A stretch of 64,000 bases of DNA from the NCBI GenBank assembly GCA_951406725.2, contig OX597816.1, positions 135,160,001 through 135,224,000 of the forward strand. The letters run 5' to 3'. This stretch comes from Octopus vulgaris. Taxonomy: Eukaryota. Under the pieces are notes generated by a model that had not been told where the DNA came from, made no database searches, and was given only the letters and a program-made list of their open reading frames with translations. The translations under genes and the position numbers were made by a program. Of the stretch, positions 38,501 through 49,878 are shown piece after piece; positions within the stretch are counted from its first letter, which is position 1, and every line of letters begins with the position of its first letter.

Positions 38501-40528
38501 TCAAACCAGACTAAGTAACATCAACATAAAAGTTGGGCAAAATCCATCGAAACTGGTTTATATATATATATGGGCAACTCACACATGTACGTACACCTAT
38601 TGCATACATGTTTTTTGTACACATACATGTTCATGTGTGTGTGTATGTGTGTTACCTGTATATCAACAAAACACTTTTTTGCTCGATGGAAAAAAAATAA
38701 CAAAAGCCTTAACAAAAACTTACTCGTCGCTAGAAGGGCATATAACTCCTGTTTGCAAACAATGGTGATTTCTCCGACTTGAAAATTGTTAAAAGTTTTG
38801 GTTGAAAATTATTTTTACTGCTATTCGCTGGTGCCTCTAGGGAAAATAAGTTGATGAAAATACAGCTAGGATTATGACGAATGTCCTCCTAAAATTGGAG
38901 CGACATGCGTGCTAATTTGTGGACGTGCATAAATTACATTCACGTACACACACACATCCTGCCTTTTATATATACAGATTTATGTTGACTTACTTTTCTA
39001 ATATCCCTAAACCGAACAATTACCGAAAGCCGAGGTTGACTTTGCCTTTCATCCTTTCGGGGTCTATAAATTAAGTACCAGTTATGCACTGGGGTCGATG
39101 TAATCGACTTAATCCCTTTGTCTGTCCTTGTTTGTCCCCTCTATGTTTGGCTCCTTGTGGGCAATAAAGAAATAAGAAACTAACATTTCATAATATACTC
39201 GTTCTTAGCAGGTAGCCATCCAATTCGGCTATCTTTGTCAAGTCTAATAGTAAGACACTTGTTGTTTATATTATTCAGTCAGTTCTGAGATACTACTTAG
39301 TAGGAATTGCTGTAAAGGTAAACTGGCCTGTAAGAATTTGTTTACAAAACCAATTGCTGTTAAGTTCTCTCAGCATATAATTCAAGTAGACAAGTGCAAT
39401 TAAATAAAATTTTTAAAAACAACTGTAGGTTTCTATTATTTAAATTAAACAGAATTATTAAATTTAGAGCTTACAGAGATTGGTAAAAACTCAAGGATCG
39501 CACGAAAATGATAACATGACGATTGGCATTTTTTGTTTTTATTTTTTTAAGTTTCATATCATTTTACACATAATTTAAACAGAGTACATCTTGTATGAAA
39601 ACTCGCTGTAAGACATGTATGTATAATGATATACTTGAAAAGAGTTAAACAGTACAGCTATATATAATACAAATAAATATACTGAGTCACTTCCCTATGT
39701 ATTTATATTTTGATTCACTGAGAAATTATGCTCTCCAAGGACCTTTTAATGAGTTTATGTTAAGAATCAAGCTAAGAGGTTTGGTTATTATTTAATAATT
39801 CCCTAGTGTTCGTTCAGCTTCCTTTCGTAATTTTCAGTGAGTAGTAAATACATATGGATACGACTCCGTATATTTATTCATAATGAACACTGTACTGGCA
39901 CTCTAGTAGTTATATAAAAGATATGTAAGTTATACATATATTATACACGGGTGGAGGTAAAGGACATGGACCATATATCTACATCAAAATCAAATTGTCT
40001 TCAATGACCAACGTTATAGTATAAACAAAAGGTTTTTAAAATACCATTCTACGGAGTATATACTTAGCTCCTTAACAAACACTAGTTAACCATTCATTAT
40101 TTGTATTGTAAGCTCTAAAAATGATTTCCTTAACTATTACACATCTTCAACTATAAATGTTAACATATATAATCGGAGAAAGATGAAAGAATTATTTTCT
40201 GTAACAACTCGCAGTTGGTATCGCTAATTCAAATTCCGAACTCAAATGTTAAAGTTAAATGAAGTAATTAAATGCAGTTGAAATATGTAACTGGGTAATC
40301 ACAAATAACAACTAAAGATGTAAGGTTTATGCAACTGTCATTACAATTTCTTTTAGTCAGATCACATTTATGCGAAAACAGAATTTGGCAGTTTATAGCC
40401 AACACCCAGATGGTCAAATGAGCACCTTAAACACACTGCAATTGGAATAATTGGAATTATTACCTATTACAAAGGCAATATCAATAGAAATAGAATTAAT
40501 TTATATTCTTACCTTCCACCTTTGACAT
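23560..40528 (-). CDS. CHMP1A: Charged multivesicular body protein 1a (ESCRT-III), complete 8-exon gene, 201 aa
   Basis: Exons 40513-40528, 35342-35361, 29043-29120, 28362-28508, 27570-27638, 26135-26194, 25217-25410 and 23560-23581 all have GT-AG introns and consistent phases (606 nt total). The protein reads [28 protein letters not shown]...[12 protein letters not shown]...[19 protein letters not shown]...[29 protein letters not shown]...EDDLTRRLQALRN*. This matches CHMP1A as recalled, including the C-terminal MIM1 motif. Confidence 0.96.
24857..24937. repeat. Perfect 35-bp inverted repeat with an 11-nt loop, in CHMP1A intron 7
   Basis: gcaagattaggattgctcagctgaagagggatgca / tgcatccctcttcagctgagcaatcctaatcttgc. 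Confidence 0.95.
25217..25410 (-). CDS. CHMP1A: CHMP1A exon 7
   Basis: [38 protein letters not shown]...EDDLTR, 194 nt; overlaps ORF 25213..25407. Confidence 0.96.
26135..26194 (-). CDS. CHMP1A: CHMP1A exon 6
   Basis: [20 protein letters not shown], 60 nt. Confidence 0.92.
26490..27350 (+). mobile_element. Decayed Penelope-like element (GIY-YIG C-terminus and 3' region)
   Basis: GC-rich block in CHMP1A intron 5; [13 protein letters not shown]...KSALQL resembles a PLE C-terminus; degenerate CTGATGA...GAAATGTC at about 27285-27320. Confidence 0.45.
27570..27638 (-). CDS. CHMP1A: CHMP1A exon 5
   Basis: [23 protein letters not shown], 69 nt. Confidence 0.92.
28362..28508 (-). CDS. CHMP1A: CHMP1A exon 4
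   Basis: [49 protein letters not shown], 147 nt. Confidence 0.96.
29043..29120 (-). CDS. CHMP1A: CHMP1A exon 3
   Basis: [26 protein letters not shown], 78 nt, AG/GT flanks. Confidence 0.95.
29887..30845 (+). mobile_element. 5'-truncated, decayed RTE LINE 3' end
   Basis: Close match to the 33260-33765 coding end (IAWAK...[17 protein letters not shown]), followed by 3' repeat units and the ggttggcgttaggaagggcatcc tail. Confidence 0.9.
31984..33765 (+). CDS. RTE reverse transcriptase, partial (no endonuclease, no native start)
   Basis: [45 protein letters not shown] (32809-32820) and FRYLG; the frame is open from 31984 to the stop at 33765. Confidence 0.93.
   Translation, partial: ALNEDAKREVWRSHYERLLNEENEWDKESLPNVDPTEGPAIRVDSSLVDKAIKSMKTGKAPGPSGITAEMLKISGSVGYSLVTRIVNQVIHEGVIPNDWCSSIIVSCYKGKGDALDTNNYRGIKLLDQVMKVTERVIAQLIRERVSLDQMQFGFVPGKSTTDAIFMVRQLQEKYLAKDKPLYLAFVDMEKAFDRVPRSLIWWSMRKLGIDEWLVKAVQAMYRDAASKVRVGTEYSEEFRVEVGVHQGSVLSPLLFIIVLQAITEEFKTGCPWELLYADDLALIAESLSELEEKFQVWKQGLESKGLRINLAKTKVLISRKVDQSQTPSGRWPCSICRKGVGRNSIRCTKCKLWTHKRCSNVKGRLTRKIVFVCGRCLGTINTENALRPTSVTFQGEKLEVVDSFRYLGDQVSSGGGCAESITARVRIAWAKFRELLPLLVTKGLSLKVKGRLYDACVRTAMLHGSETWAVTAEDLNKLARNEASMLRWMCNVSVHNRQSVSTLREKLNLRSISCCVQERRMRWYGHVMRLAEDSRVRKCHTLAVEGTCGRGRPRKTWVEAVKHDLRTLGLTKEMTSDRDLWKYAVCEKTRQDQ
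33812..34456 (+). repeat. Tandem array of 11 units of ~60-62 bp in the RTE 3' UTR
   Basis: Unit ccccgtgccggtg(a/g)cacgtaaaagcaccatccgttcgtggccgtttgccag-N-ctggc. Confidence 0.95.
35342..35361 (-). CDS. CHMP1A: CHMP1A exon 2 (20-nt microexon, ETLFQLR)
   Basis: ttttacag|AGACATTGTTTCAGTTAAGG|gtgagt; matches the conserved TLFQL(K/R). Confidence 0.9.
37790..38410 (-). mobile_element. Possible decayed Merlin/ISXO2-like transposase fragment
   Basis: [24 protein letters not shown] and [10 protein letters not shown] resemble Merlin N- and C-terminal motifs; heavily degraded. Confidence 0.3.
38435..38978 (-). mobile_element. Non-autonomous Helitron
   Basis: Minus strand A|TCTGTATATATAAAA...TTGGGCAAAGCTGGG hairpin relic...GCTAG|T. 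Confidence 0.7.
40513..40528 (-). CDS. CHMP1A: CHMP1A exon 1 (coding part, MSKVE)
   Basis: accATGTCAAAGGTGGAAG|gtaag; phase 1 joins exon 2 in frame. Confidence 0.8.
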
Positions 40529-40618
40529 GGTGATAAGTTTGAAAGTAAATCAAGAAAAATACAAACAAAATTCAGTAAAAGAATATCTGAGTAACGAAAT
40601 GATAAATTGAAACTATAA

Positions 40619-40643
40619 CAGGAAGTTTTGAAATCAACTTCCG
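40619..40643. promoter_or_regulatory. Inverted pair of ETS-like (GGAAGT) sites in the CHMP1A promoter / 5' region
   Basis: caGGAAGTtttgaaatcaACTTCCg about 100 bp upstream of the ATG. Confidence 0.45.
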
Positions 40644-40949
40644 TTTGATAATCTTCTTGTCTATGATAGCTAACTCATTATAAAAATAATTTATATCCTT
40701 TTACTTTTAAGATAATTTTATTTTTAGATGTCACCCTTGTCTTCGATGGAAATTAGTTTCAAGTTTTTGTACTAAAAAAAATATAATTATTTAGAATTAC
40801 CTCCTATCGAATTACTTAAGTTCATCATTGCTCATATGAATTATTTCCCTTAATTTACATATTTTTTGCAATTATGCAAATTATGGTGTCCAAAACGCTT
40901 CGTGAGGCCCAACAGAATTAAAACATGACAACAACTGTCTAGGTGTATC

Positions 40950-41290
40950 CTAGTTGCTGCAGTAAATGGGGAAGGTCATTGCTTCCGTAGCCAAACAGAA
41001 CAAAATCCTAAAATATCGGGACTTGTCGGTCTTCCACCCTGTGACATTTGAGATGTCTGGAGGAACTGAACATTGGAGTACTTGTCATTAGATGCTCGCC
41101 ATACCGAGGTGACAGGTGATGCCTATGAGGGTGCTTGGGTTTAGGGTTCCAACACCTTAACCTTGCCATCACCTGCAATAAGGCTGCGAGTGTGTTGGCT
41201 TACTTCAATAAGTTCCAATGACCCTTATGCTGTGCAACCACTTGATGCACTTAGTGTTGACTTGATGTTTTTTTCTTTTTTCTTTTCTTC
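40950..41290 (+). mobile_element. CRE-clade 3' fragment, same family as 13670-14200
   Basis: ctgcagtaaatgg...cagaacaaaatcctaaaatatcgggac...cctgtgacatttgag...gtgcaacc matches the reverse complement of 13690-14000. Confidence 0.75.
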
Positions 41291-41477
41291 GCTCATGACT
41301 ATATTTTCTCCTGTTTTGAATTTATATTTCAATGTGGAATATTTATGTAATTAACCCTTCGTGGGCCGGCAGGGTCCCTTGGGACCCCAGCAAATTAAAA
41401 AAAGTTATGTAACTTTTACATTTTTTATTTAAATGAATTTATATCTCATGACTTTTATTGTCAATAATTTATGTATG

Positions 41478-42402
41478 CACCGTGGCCGTTGCCAGCGCCG
41501 CCCCGACTGGCTTCCGTGCCGGTGGCACGTAAAAAGCACCATCCGATCGTGGCCGTTGCCAGCCTCGCCTGGCCTCCGTGCCGGTGGCACGTAAAAAGTA
41601 CCATCCAATCATGGCCGTTTGCCAGCCTTTTCTGGCACCTGTGCCGGTGGCACGTAAAAAGCACCCACTACACTCATGGAGTGGTTGGTATTAGGAAGGG
41701 CATCCAGCCGTAGAAACATTGCCAGATCAGACTGGGCCTGGTGCAGCCTTCTGGATTCCCAGATCCCAGTTGAACCGTCCAACCCATGCCAGCATGGAAA
41801 GCGGATGCTAAACGATGATGATGATACAAATTTTGGGTTAAAAATTTCCAGTCATATGGATGTTATAGCATGAAATATGATAATTGGGTACAACTGGACC
41901 CCATTGGCCTTCTGTGAAGGCAGTGTGCATGAGAGGAAACTGATGTGGATAGGTGAGGACAATTGCATTAAAAAGTGTCGATCTCTTGAAGTGGAGGGAA
42001 GTTTTAAAAGAGGGAGACCCAAGAAGACATCGGACAAAATTCTGAAGGCCGATCACAAAATGCTGAACCTTATGAAGGAGGTGACAAAGGACCGAGATAC
42101 GTGATGCATTGCTGTACTTCAAAAGACATATCCATCACAACAGAATTGAAATCTTAAAACTAAGGTTCCACGTAAAAAGTGTTGGTATGGGTGCTGGTGC
42201 CACATAAAAAGCACTGGTGATGGTGCCATTTAAAAAGCATCCAGTACACTCTGAGGAGTGATTGGCATTAGAAAGAGCATCCAGCTGTAAAAAGGCAGCC
42301 AAAACAGATCATGGTGCAGCCCCTGGCCTTGCCGATTCCTGTCAAGCAATCCAACTCATACCAGCATGGAAAATGGATGTTAAATGACGATGATGATGAT
42401 GA
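41478..42402 (+). mobile_element. RTE 3'-end derivatives: a 3-unit array plus tail, then an older RTE 3' fragment
   Basis: Same units and tail as 33812-34616; ORF 41877..42104 (KKCRSLEVEGSFKRGRPKKT) is an RTE C-terminus. Confidence 0.85.
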
Positions 42403-43173
42403 TACATCAGTTTAGTAAAACAAACAGGCTAAATAGAAGTCAAATATTCATTTAACGTGATTCCCCACCCACCACTCAAAAATGAAAATTACAGAAGATT
42501 TTATGTAATGGAAAGTGTGTGCAAAATAAGTACCTTGGCATTTGGCATTCAGTTTGAAGGAGAGAAGAGTGAAAGTTTGCTCTAATCAGCTGGAAGTGTT
42601 TGAAGCCAATTAAGGCACCTTTTTTTCCAATCTGGTGACATGGTATGAAATGTAGAGTTATTTTTATGACTTGAAAACGAAGTCTTGTTTCATAGAAAAT
42701 TGTTACACGTCTTCTCTAAAGCCTAAGAAATTTAAGAGCCAGCAATTGACATAGATTGTTTGGGAGGATGCTGGAACGTGGCTGTGCCATGAAATGCTTG
42801 CAGTACATTGGGACACTCAAAAAGCTTAGAGAAACTATTAGGAGGAAGAGATTGAACAAGAATCTGAAAGTGATCTACATTTGCTATAACAATGTGTGAT
42901 TACATATATCTTTGGTAACAAATCAGGCAATCAGTGAATTGGGTTGATCACTGGCCTATCCCCTGTACAGTCTGGATCTGGTGCCCTCTCACTGTTCAGT
43001 CCAATGAAGGACAGCCTTCAGGAATAGCAATTTGGTGGCACAAAGAGATGGAAGTGACAGTGAAGAAGTGGGTACAACCACACACACAGAATAATCACAC
43101 GCACTCACATACATTCACACACAAACACAGGTATATAAATATATATATGTATGTATATCTAATATATATACAT

Positions 43174-43389
43174 ATTAAGAAGATAAGAAAATAGAGAGAT
43201 AATTAATAATTATTTGTTAATTATCTCTCTATTTTCTTATCTTCTTAAAATATATATAAACCACGGTTTATCTAGTTACCTTGTAGTTGAATATTAATTG
43301 TAATATTCAACACTTTTGAAATAGATAACTGACCAGTATGTTCATTGGATTTATTACCCCTTATTAAGGTTTGTAACCTTTATTTGAAC

Positions 43390-43457
<68 letters not shown>

Positions 43458-43680
43458 ATAACAATAAAGTCATTATTTAATGAATTTATCAGATGCCAGC
43501 ATACTAAAATACCATAATGGTTAACTTATATTAAAGTTTCATTGAATAATTTCAACACCAGTCTGCTAGAAATAGACCCCAAATGGTCCATGAATCATTA
43601 AAAAATATTTAGTGGTTCCTGGATCATTTGGGGTCTATTTCTAGCAGACTGGCATTGAATAATTTCAACGCCCTTATTGA
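43174..43680. repeat. AT-rich repeat block with two long inverted repeats and a (TA)n tract
   Basis: IR at about 43174-43248 (ttaagaagataagaaaatagagagataattaa arms); IR at about 43558-43652 (ccagtctgctagaaatagaccccaaatg arms). Confidence 0.85.
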
Positions 43681-43735
43681 AATTTATATATATATATATA
43701 TAAATTTGGTGATGTCCTGTACACATATATGCATG

Positions 43736-43773
<38 letters not shown>

Positions 43774-43807
43774 TATAAATTTGGTGATGTCCTGTACACA
43801 TATATGC

Positions 43808-43864
<57 letters not shown>

Positions 43865-43865
43865 A

Positions 43866-44212
43866 AGAGTAAAGACCCCCTTCGGTCATGAATGACCATG
43901 GGATTGCACCTAGAAAGTTACCCTCCTAGACACAAGTCCGGGCAAGGTTGTTTATGGAAGACCAGCAGTCGCCCATGCATACCAGCCTCCCCTCTCCACG
44001 CCACCAGTGTTATCCAAGGGAAACACAAAGGTCGATACAGCTTGGCACCTGTGACGTCGCAACTCATTTCTACAGCTGAGTGAACTGGAGCAACGTGAAA
44101 TAAAGTGCTTTGCTCAAGAACACAAGATGTAGCCCGGTCCGGGATTCGAGCTCACAACCTCATGATCGTAAGCTCAACGCTCTAACCACTGAGCCATGCG
44201 CCTTCACAGGCG
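43866..44212 (-). mobile_element. tRNA-derived SINE, family C, inserted in (TA)n
   Basis: Head tggctcagtggttagagcg...gctcgaatccc, then gtgttcttgagcaaagcactttatttcacgttgctccagttcactcagctg; related fragment at about 62460-62600. Confidence 0.85.
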
Positions 44213-44216
44213 CATA

Positions 44217-44324
<108 letters not shown>

Positions 44325-44478
44325 TATATTATATATTATTTTAATTGCAGGCAACATATCCATTTCCAAGTAAGTTTATCTTCACCTTTTTGATGTCACT
44401 CTCTGCTTTATACTATTTTATTCCTCCATCTTTCTCTAATTCCCTTTTTCTCCCCCTGTACCCATACATACATGTGTA

Positions 44479-44530
<52 letters not shown>

Positions 44531-44589
44531 TTGCTTGTATTAGCATGAGGAATATAATACTGTAATATTAACTTTGTGGTCTTTTACCA

Positions 44590-47500
44590 TTTTAGAGACC
44601 CTCGGGGCACTGAAACAAGGTGCCACTTCCCTGTTAAATAGGTATCATAGTTCCCATTTCTGAAACCCCTACCCCTAATCAGGGCAAACTAGAGAAGGTA
44701 AATAAATATTAATGTTATACTACACCTTATATAAGATCACAGATAGTTGATTGTTGGTTTAGCAATCTCTCCGATTCCAGAAAGCAAATGCGAAATGAGA
44801 TTATTATTGATTGTGTATTATTTTCAGTATATTTGTAAACTACTAATGTAATGAGGTATACTCAGCAAGTATTTCGTAACTCTACTCTCCCTTTTTTTTT
44901 CTATTTCAGTTTAGGATCACTGGCTTTTCACCACAATTGAAAAAATTCTATTCTGCAGCTAATTCAAAATATTCCATCCTCATCCTCCATTTGAGAGACA
45001 AGAAACCTCCCCGACACAATTCATTTCCCTTGTGGGAGTCAAGAGGATGTTGAGGCTTTGGAAGCTGAGTTAAGTGATGGTGCGGTTCAAAATAACCTGG
45101 TAAGTTGTACATTTTACATTTTCATGGTTTTACCTGCTGGTTCTCTGCCCCTCTCTAACTGATCTGCATACTTACATGTGACAATTACTTCCTTCATGCT
45201 TCACATGTGTGTGTTTCCATATCCCACATACACACCAAAGATACTCACACCCATCATTGTGTGCTCGTCTCAGTACTCATAACCTCAGATTCAGCTTCTT
45301 TTGAACATATAGTAATTAAAAATATTTAAGAGCACCAACCTGATATTCAGTTGAAAAGATTATTTCATTAAGGTCCCAGCAGGAACCTCAGAAAGTAACA
45401 TGGTGCCTGTATACTGTGGTTTACAAGTTCTGTTTTACTAGTAAAATAAGATAAGTCGACCAATGGCAGTGAGTTTAAATCCTCCAACAAATTTTCATCT
45501 GTTGAGTTGAAACTTTCATCCTTGAGTATCAAAGATATCAGCCTTTGTATGCCCAATTCCCCAAATTGAATAGCCATCTCCTAGGGATGAGCCAATATGT
45601 GTATTATCAGTATTTGCCAATATCCAATAATTCAGTATCGACCAATACCAATACCAAAATTGATATCTGTGCTCTGATTAAACAGGTGTGATAATGCCAC
45701 TCAGATAAGGAAGTTTATCTTACTGGATGAAGTGCTGCCGACGTAGCCATCAGCAGCACTGCACTTTCTAAGCTGAACTATTAGGTATCACAGAGGAGAG
45801 GGTAGGTTGTCCAACAGTGTGACTCAACGAATCATCCCAGATGGAACTGTATTTGGGGTGTGTCTGTTTCTGTTTCTGAACATTTTCCAAGATGAGCTAT
45901 CACCATTACACATGTTGTGCAGCAGACAGCCAATCATATATCAGCTATCAATACTGGCAGAATTGCGATCTTTTGCTGATACCAATACCATGCCGATAAT
46001 CCACTTTGCTTCAAAACAATGACAGTTGCTACCAGCAGTTGTATTGACATTAATGTTATAGGGTGTATGCATTCTGGAGGTGAAACACGCAATTTTTCTT
46101 TTATATCTTTTTGAAAGAGCTCAGATCTATGTTAACCATTTACCCAAATCATCAATCAAAATGGCCAAAAAATAAACCAGTGTAAGACTACTACAGCTTG
46201 AAATTTCTTCGGACTCTCTCAGTAAAACCATATGGATATGGATATCTTTAGAACCGGCTCATCAAGCAACTTTTTTATTTCATTTAATTTGCCACAAAGG
46301 CAGTACACAGAGAAGCTACTTCTTACAATATCAGTATCTGTATGGTTTTGTTGAAAAATTGTAAGAATTATCTTTGAAAAATGGAGATATGCCAGTTTGG
46401 CTTTCAGAGTGTTGTGATTAACCACTATGCAAAGACACCGAATGTTATATATGTGAGGATAACTGCTGGCAGATCCTCATGCAGGTACACCTGTGTCCAC
46501 ATATAACCCTAAAAATGAAAATCGTGCTACAGGCTTTAGCAATTTCTAAGTCAGGGTTCCCGTTGGTCCTTGAATTCCTTGAATACCCTTGAATTTCAAA
46601 AGTAAAATTCTAAACCTGGAAAGCCCTTGAAAATTATCCAGACACACAGAAATCCTTGAAAATTTAGGATTTTTATTTAAAAGTTTTATATCCAGTCTAC
46701 TCTCCATACTACAGAAGAAAATGTTCTACTTAAACCAATAGTCTGAATTCATATTTGAAATGTTTCCATGTCAGTGTTGTCTGTCTGTACAGGCAGCCAA
46801 CACTGGTGTGGAAACATTGCTACACATTAGTTGACAACTTAAGGAAATAAATTGGGCGATATTTAAACATTATAATTTGAGGACCTAAGTAGTGTAAATA
46901 GTTTTGTTTTATCAGAAAAATGTCCTTGGAAACTCTTGAACTTTTGTGGAGTGGTTGCGATGACCCTTGAATCTAGCTTGAAAATACCCTTGAAAACTCT
47001 TGAATTTTCTTTTTAAAAACTTGCAGGAACCCTGTTAATTGTTTTTGATGTTTGACAAAAAGGCTATTATTCTACATTTTGCTTTACATTTGAGCATATA
47101 GTTTATCCTTTGCTCATAGTGTATTGAAAATGACTTAATTTTTAAATTTTGATTTGCAGTCATTGGACTGAAAATGGCCCTGGGCTGGGCATATGATGAT
47201 ATTAATATTCACTTTGAGTACTGTTTTAGCCAGACTGTGGGGTGGGGGAGAGTGGTTGTACTAGCTTTGGTAGCTTCTGACATAAAACAGTAGCGAACAT
47301 ATATGAATGTTTTTATCTGTTTTCAATTAGTCAAATCCATGTAATTTATGCTAGTAGATTTTTGCCTTTGTGAATAGTACGAGTAAATGGATGTGAGTGC
47401 ATTTGTTATTCTCACACTAAGAACTACTTTTAAGTAACATAATTAATTAATTTCAGGGGCTGTTTGCAAGACTATGCAAAATGCAACAGAAGCAGTGGTT

Positions 47501-48776
47501 GAGTTGGTGACTTGAGAATGGCTTCTGACTGCTAGTGACAGAAATGGTGGCCAAAAGAAGAAAGAAAAAAAATTTGGACAAGGCTCTTCTTGACAATGAA
47601 TCTGCCACAGATCTCAGGTCTGCACAAATTGAAAATTAAGATAACCCATTAATGGGTTACCTTAATTTTTTAAGGCAATCCATTTTAGCAATGCACTTGT
47701 AACAATATGCTGAATAGCTTTGCATACATGGCTTGGTCTTCCATTCAAATTACTCATTCATCAGGTTAGTAAGTAATACTCCTATCTGTTGCTTCAAATA
47801 CAATTTTATTGATGATATCTACACATGACAATATCTCTTGCATTTAATGTGTTCTTCCTATATCTGCACATTGTAAATATATTCATTTTTAACAAATCTC
47901 CCAAATTTCAAGTCATAAAATTGGACCCTAAAATTAATATTGTTACTCCTTATTTACTGGTTTTTATGTACAGATATGAATGATTGTTGAACTTTGTCAC
48001 AGATAGCCACAGCTGTATAACTGACCTTAACACCAATTAAATAAATATCTTAGTTTTACAGTGTATATTGGCCAGTATATTTTGTCTTTATTTTTATTAA
48101 CTTCTATATGTTGTAATTTACTTTTGTTGTGTTTTTTTTAAGTTATAGTTTATAAAATAAATTATGTTCACAAAGAAAAATGAGTTGTTCATTTTTTTCC
48201 CAGCAGTTTCTACTTGATTTTTTCAGATATTCCCATACACATGCTTGGTAAACTGATGCTCATACAGTTACATCTTCAAAATAAATTTACTATTGCTTTT
48301 GTTTAGCAGTGGGTGGTCCTTATTGGCTATAAATTGAAACAATATTACATTTTTATTTTCAAACAATGGGTGGGTGAGGCTGGAATCAGAGCAATTCATG
48401 CCAGGGATCTGGTGCAATGCTATGGAGAACAAAGTGCGGCCAATGTCGAACTGGTATAAATGTTTAATCATACATTAATTAGCCCATCCTTGAATGTATT
48501 TTGGAGCCAGACCAGGCATTTGGCAAAATTGGCTCAGGCTGATATTGAGACTTCTCAAGTTGAACAACCATATATCAGCCCAACCTCATTTTCATATTGG
48601 ACCGATGTCACCTTCATATGAATATGACATTGGGCTGATGTCAACCAAAATCTCACATCGGCCCAACATCGAGGAATATGTTGGCCCGCTGTCACGCCGT
48701 GTTGCAAAATGAGATTGGGCCAAAATCGAACCGACACAGTTTTTGATGTAGGGCCGATATGGTTTTGCTGGCAGGG
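44590..48776 (+). mobile_element. CACTA/EnSpm-type relic: spliced DUF4806-like accessory gene remnants plus the right terminus
   Basis: Exon-like pieces at about 44910-45099 (FPCGSQEDVEALEAELSD) and from 47457 (AVCKT...EWLLTASDRNGG); ggcc(c/g)a(a/t)atcg-type subterminal repeats 48430-48760; terminus ...ttttgctggcaggg. Confidence 0.6.
46552..47034. mobile_element. hAT-like MITE nested in the CACTA relic
   Basis: TIR CAGGGTTCC...GGAACCCTG with many ccttgaa subterminal repeats; no clean 8-bp TSD. Confidence 0.75.
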
Positions 48777-48779
48777 TAT

Positions 48780-49050
48780 CTTGCCGCCATAGCTCAGGTC
48801 GGATCCCCGACGCCACTCTGAATCCCATAATTGGAAGGTTTCCCGCCACAACTGGAGGCAGTAGGTCTTGAGTGTAGGGATAATAAGCGTCTCGATGGTA
48901 TAACACTCTTCCCATATGAGGGAGGCAGATCCCTAATCTGGGACGTGAAGTACTGCGACACGTTCTCCGGCTCCGATCTTGTTGCATCGGTCGCAAACTC
49001 CGGGTATCACAGCCCATAACACTGTAGAGCGAAAGATAAATAAATACGGT
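48780..49050 (+). mobile_element. CRE-clade RLE endonuclease fragment
   Basis: ORF 48831..49019: LEAVGLECRDNKRLDGITLFPYEGGRSLIWDVKYCDTFS (R-PDG / WD motif). Confidence 0.8.
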
Positions 49051-49476
49051 CAAAATTATATCAACGTTTTACATTATATCGATGAAATAATTTGGATCTT
49101 TTCAATCTCAGTTACAGATTTCAACATACATCCCACCAGGAATCTAGCAAAACAAATACATAAACGTAATAATTAAACATCATCTGCCAGCTATTTTTGA
49201 AAATCAAAGTTAAAACAGTGTAAACATACATTCTCCCCTATCATTTCACTATGTCTTCTATGAAATACCTTTTGTCTCATTCAATATTATTCAAATATGA
49301 ATTGATACAATGTTCCTCATTGGAACCAACGGATTTATATTTAATGTGTAATTATAAATTAAAGACCGGTTTTTGTCAAATTATCTCCCTTTTACTCTAG
49401 CCATGTGTTTATTTTAACGCAATACTAATTTTTACCTGTTATTGTATTGACAAGTACTTTTTGAGACTTTGTGCAA

Positions 49477-49878
49477 ATGTCAAAATATTTTGTTAAATGT
49501 GTTCGTCCTAGTTTTAGAGAATTAAGTGCGACATTTTTTCAGAACAAAGAACTTTTAACTTTTTCATTTAATTCTCGCGAGCTACATTATGTTTACTGCA
49601 GGTCTTTTAGCTTCAGTATAACATCGTTTTTAAAACGTAGTTTGAACTCGTCTAATTTTATAAAATCTCAGTCTGTTAGTTTAACCATGGCTAATCTTAG
49701 TTCTTCTGATGCTGATACGAAAAATGGAAACGAAACGTTTCAAATCACTGAAAATCAGCCAGAAACTGTTACAGCTTCTATAGAAAAGGAAAAATGTGAA
49801 CACTCAAAATATGAAACCAGTAAAACAGAAAATGCTATTCCATTAACGCAAACAATGTCGAAACGAGCTTTAAAGAAA
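49477..49878 (+). CDS. RPUSD2: RPUSD2-like exon 1 (ATG 49477; second in-frame ATG 49687)
   Basis: Open frame ends at KRALKK|gtacgt; phase 0 joins WRKKQ of the next exon; which start codon is used is uncertain. Confidence 0.75.

Noticed and set aside
44135-44205. tRNA gene
   Set aside because: A/B boxes are present but there is no clean acceptor stem, and it continues directly into a SINE body.
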